This document shows positions 9,745 through 17,750 of a stretch of DNA of 64,000 bases, in pieces. The notes under the pieces are model-generated. The model did not search any database. It had not been told where the DNA came from and worked only from the letters and a program-made list of their open reading frames with translations. Position 1 is the stretch's first letter, and each line of letters begins with the position of its first letter. A program made the position numbers and the translations under genes. The stretch is from an uncultured delta proteobacterium (GTDB taxonomy: Bacteria > Desulfobacterota > Binatia > UBA9968), in the NCBI GenBank assembly GCA_963816145.1, contig CAWFJP010000014.1, positions 192,001-256,000 on the forward strand, in the 5' to 3' direction.

Positions 9745-10026
9745 GTGCCGAAGATCACTTTCATTCCAGCGGAAAAATCGTTCGATGTCGCGCCAGGCAC
9801 GACCATCCTGGTTGCCGCAGTGCAAAACGGATTGCACCTGCGCCATGATTGCACCGAAGCGGTTTGCGGCACCGACCGGGTGAAGATCCTTTCCGGTGCG
9901 GAGCAGCTGAGTGCAATAACCGACAACGAGGAATTGACCCTCGAGATGATGAACGCGGGGCCCAACGAAAGGCTGGCTTGCGTCGCACGGATCGCCGGCG
10001 ATGTGATTGTCGAAATGCCCGAATAA
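9745..10026 (+). CDS. 2Fe-2S ferredoxin-like protein, third ligand Cys replaced by Asp
   Basis: HDCTEAVCGTDRV...ERLAC; GTG start 3 nt after the upstream stop. Confidence 0.85.
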   Translation: MPKITFIPAEKSFDVAPGTTILVAAVQNGLHLRHDCTEAVCGTDRVKILSGAEQLSAITDNEELTLEMMNAGPNERLACVARIAGDVIVEMPE

Positions 10027-10045
10027 GCGACTCTAAGGAGAATTA

Positions 10046-11152
10046 ATGCCGGCACCTGTGGCAATTCTAGCAAAACCGGACGATCACCGCGGCATTCTCA
10101 CCATGGCAGAAGCGGTCGACGCGATGCTCGATGCATTTCGCAATTGGGCGAATGACCCGCTGGTGGCGGAGCTGCGGCGACGCACGCACACGCCGAAGAA
10201 CGTGCGCATTACCCTACATCAGGGCGCGGCACCGGCTTATGGCACGACGGGCATCATGACCCATGCGGAGCTTGTGCGCATTTTCGGCGACAAACAAAAA
10301 TATCCGCGCCGCGGCCGCCCGGTTCTGGTGCTTTATGACAGCGACACGGCGGCTTTGAAGCTCATTCTCGTCGGCGAAATGCATCCCAAGGAGCTGCCGG
10401 ACGCCAACAGCGTGGTGGCGATGCCGACGGCCTGTGCCTCGATGGTCGGCACCGATTTGCTCGCGCGCAAAGACTGCCGGGTCGCCGGGGTTTTCGGTGC
10501 TGGAGATCAAGCGAAGATGCATCTCCTGGCGCTCACCTGTATTCGCAAGTCGATTGACAAGGCGCGCGTCTTCAGTCCGACCCGCGAGACTCGCGAAAAC
10601 TTTGCCGCGGAAATGAGCGCCGTATTGGGCATCGCAGTGACCGCCGCGGAGAGCGCTGCAGATGTTGTCGACGGCGCCGACGTAATCCTGTGCGCGACCA
10701 ATTCAAATGTTCCGGTATTCGACGGCAATTGGCTGGTTCCCGGCCAACATGTCACCTCGATCGTTTCGAGCAATATCGGATTGAAAAAGCGCGGCCACGT
10801 CATTGAAATGCGCCGCGAGATCGACGAGAGGACTCTGGAGCGGGCCGATATTTTGCTGACCAACGTTTGGGGACAGGAAGAGCTGGACAAGACCGCGGTG
10901 TTCTGGGAAGCCTCTCTCGATCGCCCAAACATCGCGGGCAAGATTGTCGATAGCGGAGAGCTCATCCGCGGTGAAAAAAGCGGACGAACCGACGCTGCTC
11001 AAATTACCTATTTCAAAAACTGCGCGTTTTGGGGTATTGGCGCGGCGGCCATCGGCGGACTGATCTATGACAAACTCTTGCAGCAGCGCAAGGGTTTGGC
11101 GCTCGACTTCAACCCGCATGAGTTCTATGACGATACTTGGGCGGAGGATTAG
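10046..11152 (+). CDS. Ornithine cyclodeaminase/mu-crystallin family protein
   Basis: GVFGAGDQA Rossmann motif, VFSPTRE, ADVILCATNS, GRTDAAQITYFK; RBS AAGGAG. Confidence 0.85.
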   Translation: MPAPVAILAKPDDHRGILTMAEAVDAMLDAFRNWANDPLVAELRRRTHTPKNVRITLHQGAAPAYGTTGIMTHAELVRIFGDKQKYPRRGRPVLVLYDSDTAALKLILVGEMHPKELPDANSVVAMPTACASMVGTDLLARKDCRVAGVFGAGDQAKMHLLALTCIRKSIDKARVFSPTRETRENFAAEMSAVLGIAVTAAESAADVVDGADVILCATNSNVPVFDGNWLVPGQHVTSIVSSNIGLKKRGHVIEMRREIDERTLERADILLTNVWGQEELDKTAVFWEASLDRPNIAGKIVDSGELIRGEKSGRTDAAQITYFKNCAFWGIGAAAIGGLIYDKLLQQRKGLALDFNPHEFYDDTWAED

Positions 11153-11218
11153 ATTTGTTTGAATGAGCGGGAAGCCTGGGTTACAGCGCGAAGATGATCG
11201 CAAGGAGGATTGGATAGC

Positions 11219-12124
11219 ATGCGCGGTATAACACCGAGACGAGAACAGGGCATGGCCGATCCGGTGTTGGCCGAGATGGTTCATGCCACCGGGGCGACGG
11301 AGTCGCGTCACTACGCGGCGGTGAAGCCGATCATTCAAGCCTATCGCGCCAGTTGGGTGAAGTTGGCGCCGTTTCGCGACGGGCCGGTCAACCCCCAGCG
11401 CGTGCCGGTCGACGATCCGGCGGCGATGACGGCGCAGATCAAGGCGAAGGCGAGCGAGTGGGGCGCCAACTTGGTCGGCGTCTGCCGCCTGCAGCCGCAT
11501 ATGATCGATCTCGGCTCGGAAGTGTCCCACGAGTTTGTCATCGCCTGCTGCGTCGCCGAAGACTACGAAAAGGTGCTTCAAGGCCCGGACGCCGTCGAGG
11601 AAGAGGCGATGCGGACGTACGCGAAGTGCACCGAGATATCCACTGCGTTAGCTGCCTACGTCCGTGAGATGGGATATCCCGCCATCGCGCACCACAACGG
11701 CGCCAGCGAGGTGCAGGCGATCCCAATTTTCTACCAAGTCGGATTCGGCGAGCTCGGCCGGCATGGCAGTCTGATCAATGAAAAGTATGGCGCGAGCTTT
11801 CGCCCTGGTTTCGTCACCACCGATTTGCCGCTCGTCGAAGACCAGCCGCGAGAGTTCGGCGTTCAGGACTTCTGCATGAACTGCAACGTTTGCCAGCGCA
11901 ACTGCCCGGGCGACGCGATCCCGCAAGACCATGTCATGACCCATGGCATCAAGCGCTGGCTGATCGATTTGGAGAAGTGCTATCCGTATTCCCGCCTGCG
12001 CGAGGAGTATTGCCATCTCTGCGTCGACGTCTGCCCGTACAACGTGAAGTCGCATCCGGACACGTACAAAGCGCTTATGAAAGAGCGTAAACAGGTTGGC
12101 TATAAGACACCAAAGACTTATTGA
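11219..12124 (+). CDS. Reductive dehalogenase-like cobalamin/2x[4Fe-4S] protein (short, no Tat signal)
   Basis: WGANLVGV, GFGELGRHGSLI, VTTDLPL, CMNCNVCQRNCP and C-x10-CHLCVDVCP. Start uncertain (11163 with a frameshift, 11219 or 11252). Confidence 0.75.
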   Translation: MRGITPRREQGMADPVLAEMVHATGATESRHYAAVKPIIQAYRASWVKLAPFRDGPVNPQRVPVDDPAAMTAQIKAKASEWGANLVGVCRLQPHMIDLGSEVSHEFVIACCVAEDYEKVLQGPDAVEEEAMRTYAKCTEISTALAAYVREMGYPAIAHHNGASEVQAIPIFYQVGFGELGRHGSLINEKYGASFRPGFVTTDLPLVEDQPREFGVQDFCMNCNVCQRNCPGDAIPQDHVMTHGIKRWLIDLEKCYPYSRLREEYCHLCVDVCPYNVKSHPDTYKALMKERKQVGYKTPKTY

Positions 12125-12203
12125 AGCGAGTTTGCACTAAGAGATCTCGGAAAAGAATATTTTCCCGCAAAGGCGCAAAGGCGCTAAGTTCGGAAAGGTT
12201 GGG

Positions 12204-12401
12204 ATGGAAAAGCTTTACGTCAATGCCATCGGACCCGACGGTGATGTCAGCACTGTCGGTTTGTTTTACTCGCAACCTGAAGCGCAAAAAACTGTTGACA
12301 TGCTGGGAACCAATCCCGAGCGAGTCGGTTATCGCTACGAAATCGTCGAAGCGGTGCGGCATGTGCTTTCAGAAAAAAATCCGCCAACCAGCAAGGAGTA
12401 G
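12204..12401 (+). CDS. Small hypothetical protein (65 aa)
   Basis: ATG start; stop overlaps the RBS (AAGGAG) of the next gene; co-directional within the cluster. Confidence 0.55.
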   Translation: MEKLYVNAIGPDGDVSTVGLFYSQPEAQKTVDMLGTNPERVGYRYEIVEAVRHVLSEKNPPTSKE

Positions 12402-12403
12402 CC

Positions 12404-12955
12404 ATGCCCTATATCAAGACGATTCCGCCCACAGAGGCGACCGGAAAACTGAAGGAAGTCTATGAAACGGCGGGCGGCCCTTCGGCGGCGCGCGGCAAGG
12501 TCGCGATGGTGCGCCAGGTGCAAAGCCTCAATGCCGACGCGCTCGCCGCCTGGAGCGATCTTGGCGCAGCGATCATGCACGGCCCGTCGCGCCTGAGCAG
12601 GCGCCAGCGCGAGATGATCGCCACGGTGGTGTCGGCGACCAATCATTGCAGCTATTGAACGACTGCGCACGGAGAGGCTCTCCGTAGCGAAACCCACGAC
12701 GATCCGTTCGTCAAAGCGATTAAACAGGATTACACCAAGATTGATTTAACGGCAGCGGAGCGGGCCATGCTCGATTACGCGGTGAAACTGACGGTGACGC
12801 CGTCGAGCGTAACGGCAGAAGATGTTTTGATATTGCGCGCTCATGGGTTCGACGACCGCGATATACTCGACATCATCTACGTTGTTTGTTTGTACAATTT
12901 TAACGACCGGCTGGCCGACGCGACCGGCATCAAAGGGCATGATTTTCTTAGTTGA
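12404..12955 (+). CDS. AhpD/carboxymuconolactone-decarboxylase-like peroxidase, predicted selenoprotein (CxxU), 183 aa
   Basis: ORF-track pieces 12404-12658 and 12767-12955 are in frame across a single TGA (12656-12658): REMIATVVSATNHCSY-U-TTAHGEALR...AERAMLDYAVKLT...YNFNDRLADATG. TGA occupies the second Cys of the AhpD CxxC..H motif. Confidence 0.88.
12667..12688 (+). promoter_or_regulatory. Bacterial SECIS-like hairpin
   Basis: GC-ACGGAGA-GGC-TCTCCGT-A-GC; G-containing loop about 17 nt after the UGA. Confidence 0.7.
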
Positions 12956-12994
12956 CATCGTCCGCCGCCGGGTGTGACGCACAGGTTGGCCATT

Positions 12995-13876
12995 ATGCCG
13001 TTCAGCTACGCCGAGTTCATGACTCAACTGATGGCGCCCAAGCCCTATCCAGCGCAGGCGGTTTTTACCGCGCCCCGGATAACGGCACTGCGCAAGCCGG
13101 TTGCAGAATGCACCCTCGGTGTCTTTACCAGCTGTGGCGCACAGCTGAAGGACGACCGACCGCTGGCCGAGACCAACGATCTTTCCTACCGGCTGCTGCA
13201 CCGTGACGTAGCGCTCTCGGAGCTGAAGATCAATCACATGACGCCGTCGCGCAAGTGGGCGCTGGAGGACTTGAACGTCGCTTATCCGCGCGACCGGCTG
13301 ATCGAGTTGGAGGCGGAGGGGGTTTTCAAGAAGCTTGCGCCCAGCGCCGTTTCCATGGTCGGTTCGATCACGTTGTACACGGAGCTTTTGAGCGATGCCG
13401 TGCCGCGGATCAAGCAAGAATTCGACCGGCAGGAAGTCGACCTGGTGCTGATCGTGCCGTTTTGACCGCAATGCCATCGGTCCGTGGGACTGATCGCAAG
13501 AGGACTGGAAGCGAGAGGTTTGCCGACCGTGAGCCTGAGCACCGTATGGGACATCACTCTGGCGGTAAAACCGCCGCGGCCATGCTTCCTGGATTTCCCG
13601 ATCGGCTGTCCGGTCGGCAAGCCGGGCATGCCGGAATTGCAGCGGCAAATACTGAAAGCGGTCTTCTCCCAGGCGGAGAAATTTACCGGTGATTGGGCGC
13701 TGCATGAGCTGCCCTTCCAGTGGGCAAAGGATGGCAGCCGTCATTGGGAGGAAGAGCTCAAGGATCTCTACCGGCGAGGCCTCGGCACGGTGGAGGCGCA
13801 TGTTGCGGATCATCGCCGTCGCGGTGAGGCGCTGATCGGTCAAGAGGAAGCGTTTGCGCTGCGCTGCAATTGCTAG
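12995..13876 (+). CDS. Glycine/sarcosine/betaine/proline reductase selenoprotein B (GrdB/PrdB)-like protein, UxxC, about 293 aa
   Basis: Pieces 12974-13465 and 13484-13876 are in frame across TGA 13463-13465: VDLVLIVPF-U-PQCHRSVGLIARGLEARGLPTV...KPPR. N-terminal LRKPVAECTLGVFTSCG and DLNVAYPRDRLIELEAEG match this family. Confidence 0.88.
13472..13498 (+). promoter_or_regulatory. Bacterial SECIS-like hairpin
   Basis: TGC-C-ATCGGTCC-GTG-GGACTGAT-C-GCA; G-first loop about 18 nt after the UGA. Confidence 0.7.
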
Positions 13877-13933
13877 CGTCCTGTCCACCCACTGACCGCC
13901 AGCCAATGAACGTATGAAAAGGAAGGTGCTGCG

Positions 13934-14719
13934 ATGATCGAACTCTATCACAACGACATGTCGGTGTGCGCGCAAAAGGTGCGTTTTACCCTGGCCGAGA
14001 AGAAACTTGCTTGGGACAGCCACCATATGAATCTGCGCGCCGGCGATCAGCAAAAGCCGGAATATTTGAAACTCAATCCCAACGCCCTGGTGCCTACCCT
14101 GGTCGACGATGGCACCGTTATTATCGAATCCACCGTGATCAACGAATATCTCGATGACGCGTATCCCGACCTGCCGCTGCGTCCGGCGGCCGCGACCGCG
14201 CGGGCGCGCATGCGTCTATGGACCAAACAGTTGGATGAAGGCGTTCACGCCGCGACCAGCGTGGTCAGCTCGGCGATCGCCTTTCGCTATCAAAAGCTCG
14301 CCATCGGCATGGAAGCGCTCGAAGAATTTCACAGGAAGATGCCCGACCCGGTGAAGCGCGAGAAGAGCTGGGAGAATGTCACCAAGGGCGTCGAGTCGCG
14401 CTTTTTCCCCGAGGCGGTCATGCGCTTCGACAAATTGCTTGGCGACATGGAGTCGGCCTTGAAAGACTCTCCGTGGCTCGCCGGCAAAGAGTTCTCGCTG
14501 GCCGATATCGGCTACGCGCCCTATGTTACCCGGCTCGATCACCTGCAACTGCAATTTCTCTGGGACAAGCGGCCGCACATTCCAGAATGGTACGATCGGC
14601 TGCGCGAACGGCGCGCGTATGGTGAGGCGCTGGAAAACTGGTTCAATCCCGCCTATTTGCCGCTGATGAAGGAAAAAGGATCGGAAGCGCGAGCCCGGGT
14701 CAAAGAGATCGTCGGCTAA
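13934..14719 (+). CDS. Glutathione S-transferase family protein
   Basis: SVCAQKVR, YLKLNPNALVPTL, IESTVINEYLD, WLAGKEFSLADI. Confidence 0.92.
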   Translation: MIELYHNDMSVCAQKVRFTLAEKKLAWDSHHMNLRAGDQQKPEYLKLNPNALVPTLVDDGTVIIESTVINEYLDDAYPDLPLRPAAATARARMRLWTKQLDEGVHAATSVVSSAIAFRYQKLAIGMEALEEFHRKMPDPVKREKSWENVTKGVESRFFPEAVMRFDKLLGDMESALKDSPWLAGKEFSLADIGYAPYVTRLDHLQLQFLWDKRPHIPEWYDRLRERRAYGEALENWFNPAYLPLMKEKGSEARARVKEIVG

Positions 14720-14887
14720 AGAATTAGAGCATTGGAATCGAGACGAGACGATACGAGGCAAACTCCGGATCGGTTCTGGCTACTTTGGGCGGCGCCGGAA
14801 ACAAGGTGCGCGGCGCGACAGGTTGTTTGGCGACGGTGAAAAATGAAGTCCAGCGGCCGGTTCCCTGGAGTGGAGGAAGGTAACGAA

Positions 14888-14907
14888 GGCTAACACTCCG
14901 GTTAGAC
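14888..14907. other. Terminal compact recombination site or truncated attC
   Basis: GGCTAAC-ACTCCG-GTTAGAC; the minus-strand GTCTAAC complements the GTTAGAC that opens the methyltransferase cassette. Confidence 0.55.
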
Positions 14908-14916
14908 CGCTTGGTT

Positions 14917-15774
14917 TTAGGTAGTCGCCACCAGCAGTTCCTCTGAATTCTTTGGCGGAAGAAGGCCATCTGTCCTGCCCGCGAAGTAGCGTTGGGCAAG
15001 CGTAGCTGCCGATACGTGCTCAACCTCTCTAAAGCCGGCATCGCGGGCCAGTGTCAGCATCTCTGTTGGCGTGAAGAAGCTGATGAACGGCGTGCCGTTT
15101 GCTCGCGCCCCCGCTAGCGCTCGCTCAATCCCGGGACGCACCTCGGGGTCCGTCATCTCGATCGGAAGCAGGAATGACATGGCGAGTGTGGAGCCGGGAG
15201 CGAGCGCCGCGACCTGGCGCAGCGTCGCCGTAATCGCGTCCTTGGTCAGGTACATGCTGACACCGGTCGACGCCACGACCGCGGGCCGCTCAGGGTCGAA
15301 TCCCGACGCAGCCAGCCGCTCGCACCATGGATCGCCTGCCTCGAAGTCGACTGGCACGAGCCGCAAGAACGACGGAATGCCGAAGCCGAGTTCGACGAGG
15401 CGCTGGCGCTTCCACATCTGAGGGCCGGGCTGATCGATCTCGAACACGACCAGACGGGAGGCAAGCTCCGGCCGACGCTGGGCGAAGGTGTCCAAGCCCG
15501 CTCCAAGGATGACGTACTGCCCGACGCCACGGGCAGCTTGCTCCGCGACGAGATCTTCGATGAAGCGGGCGCGGGCCACGATGGAGGCGCGGAATGGCCG
15601 CGTGAACGGGCTCATGTCCGGACGGCTGCGCCATCCGTCGTCTGGAGCCGCCAGCTTCAAGCCGACTTCGTCTTCGAGTACGTGCGGCGGCGAGTCGACT
15701 TCGACATGCAGCGCCCGCCACAAGGCGACCCGCACCGCCGTGTTGTCTGGCGCCGCCACTTGCGTATCATGCAC
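14917..15774 (-). CDS. SAM-dependent methyltransferase (LCM/TIGR00027-like), cassette-borne
   Basis: TAVRVALWRA, ARARFIED, QYVILGAGLDT, VFEIDQP, GVSMYL. Confidence 0.9.
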   Translation of the reverse strand: MHDTQVAAPDNTAVRVALWRALHVEVDSPPHVLEDEVGLKLAAPDDGWRSRPDMSPFTRPFRASIVARARFIEDLVAEQAARGVGQYVILGAGLDTFAQRRPELASRLVVFEIDQPGPQMWKRQRLVELGFGIPSFLRLVPVDFEAGDPWCERLAASGFDPERPAVVASTGVSMYLTKDAITATLRQVAALAPGSTLAMSFLLPIEMTDPEVRPGIERALAGARANGTPFISFFTPTEMLTLARDAGFREVEHVSAATLAQRYFAGRTDGLLPPKNSEELLVATT

Positions 15775-15806
15775 GACATTCTCTCTCTTGGTTTTCGGCG
15801 TTGTCG

Positions 15807-15866
15807 GTCTAACGTTTTCGGTGAGAGGCGCGAATTTCAGCGTCCTTCTCGACCCAATGGTTAGGT
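15807..15866 (-). other. attC site (60 bp)
   Basis: Minus strand ACCTAAC-CATTGGGTCGAGAAGGACGC...GCGCCTCTCACCGAAAAC-GTTAGAC; the mazF stop TAA lies within the RYYYAAC inverse core. Confidence 0.85.
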
Positions 15867-16199
15867 TCCGATAATCTCGTTCAATCCTTCAACAACCTGA
15901 GCCAATTCCTCTGGAGACGCCCGACCCATCACCTTTCCAATCCGTTCGACCGCGAGTGTTCGGATCTGGCTGATTTTCACCCACGACTTTTTCGGTAGCC
16001 CCCGTACATGAAGTTCGAGTGTTAAGGGGAACCCAGCGCGTTGAGGTTGACTCGTGAGCGCAACAGCAATCACCGTTCCGGAACGTTCATTGAAAACGTC
16101 CTGGCTTAGAATCAAAACCGGACGTAATCCGGCCTGTTCACGTCCCCGTACCGGATTCAAGTCGGCCCAGCGGATTTCACCCCTCAGTATTCGGGCCAT
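15861..16199 (-). CDS. mazF: Type II toxin, PemK/MazF family endoribonuclease
   Basis: [33 protein letters not shown]. Confidence 0.93.
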   Translation of the reverse strand: MARILRGEIRWADLNPVRGREQAGLRPVLILSQDVFNERSGTVIAVALTSQPQRAGFPLTLELHVRGLPKKSWVKISQIRTLAVERIGKVMGRASPEELAQVVEGLNEIIGT

Positions 16200-16426
16200 T
16201 CCGCTAGATCCTCGGACAGCCCTTCTTCTGCAAGCGCCTTCTCAAAGGTAGGATCGAGCTTGGCGCACTCTTGGGCTAGACGACTTTTCTCAAGCCGCGC
16301 GAGTTTCTCCGCAACAGCTTCCTCGATGGCCTGACTACGGTTGGGAAAGACTTGTTTCTTAACCAGTTGATCGAGACGAGCGAGGGTAGATTCATCTAAA
16401 GAAATTGCAACCTTGGATCTTGCCAT
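16184..16426 (-). CDS. Ribbon-helix-helix (CopG/NikR-like) antitoxin
   Basis: KVAISLDE...NRSQAIEEA; overlaps the toxin start. Confidence 0.88.
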   Translation of the reverse strand: MARSKVAISLDESTLARLDQLVKKQVFPNRSQAIEEAVAEKLARLEKSRLAQECAKLDPTFEKALAEEGLSEDLAEWPEY

Positions 16427-16437
16427 GACTCACCTCG

Positions 16438-16473
16438 TGGTATGACATTACTTCATACCAGAAACTGCGTCAA
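16438..16473 (-). promoter_or_regulatory. Sigma70-type promoter with palindromic operator for the TA cassette
   Basis: Minus strand TTGACG-17 nt-TAATGT; perfect inverted repeat TGGTATGA-N7-TCATACCA straddles the -10 box. Confidence 0.7.
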
Positions 16474-16491
16474 GGACAATGCAACTTTCAA

Positions 16492-16572
16492 ACCTAACGC
16501 CCCGCATCACCTGCCAGCGGAAGTGGGCAAGGCCCGCTGTAGCCGGTCAGGTGCATGCGGCACTATTGATTG
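16492..16572 (-). other. attC site with degenerate inverse core
   Basis: Minus strand ...CCGCATGCACCTGACCGGC...GCTGGCAGGTGATGCGGGGC-GTTAGGT. L boxes with the extrahelical base are intact; RYYYAAC is not recognisable. Confidence 0.7.
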
Positions 16573-16637
16573 AAGCAGTGTCTAATCGACCTATTTCGAT
16601 CCTACGCTGCCCTTGGCCGACAAGCCGAGACTCGCAA

Positions 16638-17594
16638 TCAGCGCTTTGCCCCATTGGCGACCTTCATCTCGGCGTCCACTTCGTCCTCGAATGCGCGACG
16701 CTTCGACGCAACAAACTGCCGGTAGCCCTCGGGGTCCATCCACGCGTTGACGCCCTCGTTCACGGCGCGCTTGCGCTTCGCCTCCATGCCGAAGTACTCG
16801 GTGTGGTGTGCAAGCCAGATGTCCGGCTTGAGCATCTCCCAGGTATGGAGCGTCCGCCGGTAGTCGTCCTCGACGCCGGGGTACGAGGGATCTCGTGCCG
16901 CGACCCGGTAACCCGGATTGAACCCGCCGCCGTCTGGAAACACGACGGCGTAGGCCTTGCCAGTCTCGAAGAGTGTTGTGGTCCACGTCGTCGCACCGCG
17001 TGTATGGCCGGGCGTATGGAGAGCCGTGAGCAGCACGTCACCGAGCCGGACCTGGACGCCATCGCGGAGCACACGGTCGACCTTCACGGGCGGCTGGCCC
17101 ATGACCTGCCAGTCCTTGCCGTAGTGAAAGTCGCTCTTGCCTCCGTCCTCAACCATCGCGACGTCTTCCTGCATGATCGCGACCTGCGCGCCTGACAACT
17201 GCTTCAGGTAGGCGAACGCGCCCGCGTGGTCGGAATGGCCATGGCCATTGATAATGATCTTGATGTCTTCAGGCGTGAAGCCGAGCTTGCGAATCGACCC
17301 GACGATCATCGGGCCGGATTTCGGCGTGCCTGTATTCAGCAGGATGTGGCCCTCGCGTGTCGCGAACAGCCACGAGCTCAACCCCTGTGTACCGACGAAG
17401 TACAGTGGTCCGACGATATGGATCGGCTCCGCAGGTTCGTCCCACTTCAGGTATTTCGTGGCGAGTTCGATGAACAGCTTGTTGTCGTTCGCGAGCTGTT
17501 CCTTCGTCGGGGCGTTCGGCGGCAGCTCCTGCGCACCGGCCGAGAGCACTAGCGAGGCTGCGAGCGAAACGGCAATGAACCAACGCTTCTTCAT
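16638..17594 (-). CDS. Subclass B3 metallo-beta-lactamase (FEZ/BJP/L1-like), secreted
   Basis: Signal peptide MKKRWFIAVSLAASLVLSAGA, PIHIVGPLYFVGT, HGHSDHAG (HxHxDH), TPGHTRG, DIWLAHH. Confidence 0.88.
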   Translation of the reverse strand: MKKRWFIAVSLAASLVLSAGAQELPPNAPTKEQLANDNKLFIELATKYLKWDEPAEPIHIVGPLYFVGTQGLSSWLFATREGHILLNTGTPKSGPMIVGSIRKLGFTPEDIKIIINGHGHSDHAGAFAYLKQLSGAQVAIMQEDVAMVEDGGKSDFHYGKDWQVMGQPPVKVDRVLRDGVQVRLGDVLLTALHTPGHTRGATTWTTTLFETGKAYAVVFPDGGGFNPGYRVAARDPSYPGVEDDYRRTLHTWEMLKPDIWLAHHTEYFGMEAKRKRAVNEGVNAWMDPEGYRQFVASKRRAFEDEVDAEMKVANGAKR

Positions 17595-17667
17595 GGCGAT
17601 GCTCTCCCTCGGCAGCAATCACTGCACCACCGGTTTCGAGGACGACTGCAATGCGGCGTCCAATGCC

Positions 17668-17747
17668 GCATAACGCAAAGGCTGAGAGGGCGAGACCAGC
17701 GAGCGAAGCGAGCGGGTTGAAGATCCTTCTCAAGCCGTTTGTTATGC
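17668..17747 (-). other. attC site (80 bp)
   Basis: Minus strand GCATAAC-AAACGGCTTGAGAAGGATC...CGCTCGCTTCGCTCGC...CCCTCTCAGCCTTTGC-GTTATGC, 3 nt after the upstream gene's stop. Confidence 0.85.
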
Positions 17748-17750
17748 GCC

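Noticed and set aside
9739-9747. The IspH-like TGA stop is in frame with the ferredoxin (TGA ACC GTG), suggesting a Sec read-through fusion
   Set aside because: The TGA falls at the normal IspH C-terminus, not at a Cys position. No convincing hairpin follows, and GGTGG provides an RBS for the GTG start.
10046-13876. Ornithine to proline to proline-reductase (Stickland) pathway
   Set aside because: No prdA, proline racemase or prdC in the window, and the OCD homologue is divergent, so the specific assignment is unsupported.
12746-14053. 435-aa minus-strand ORF, and similar long antisense ORFs such as 27008-28486, 35487-36392 and 49620-50552
   Set aside because: Shadow ORFs opposite well-supported genes in GC-rich DNA, with no recognisable motifs.
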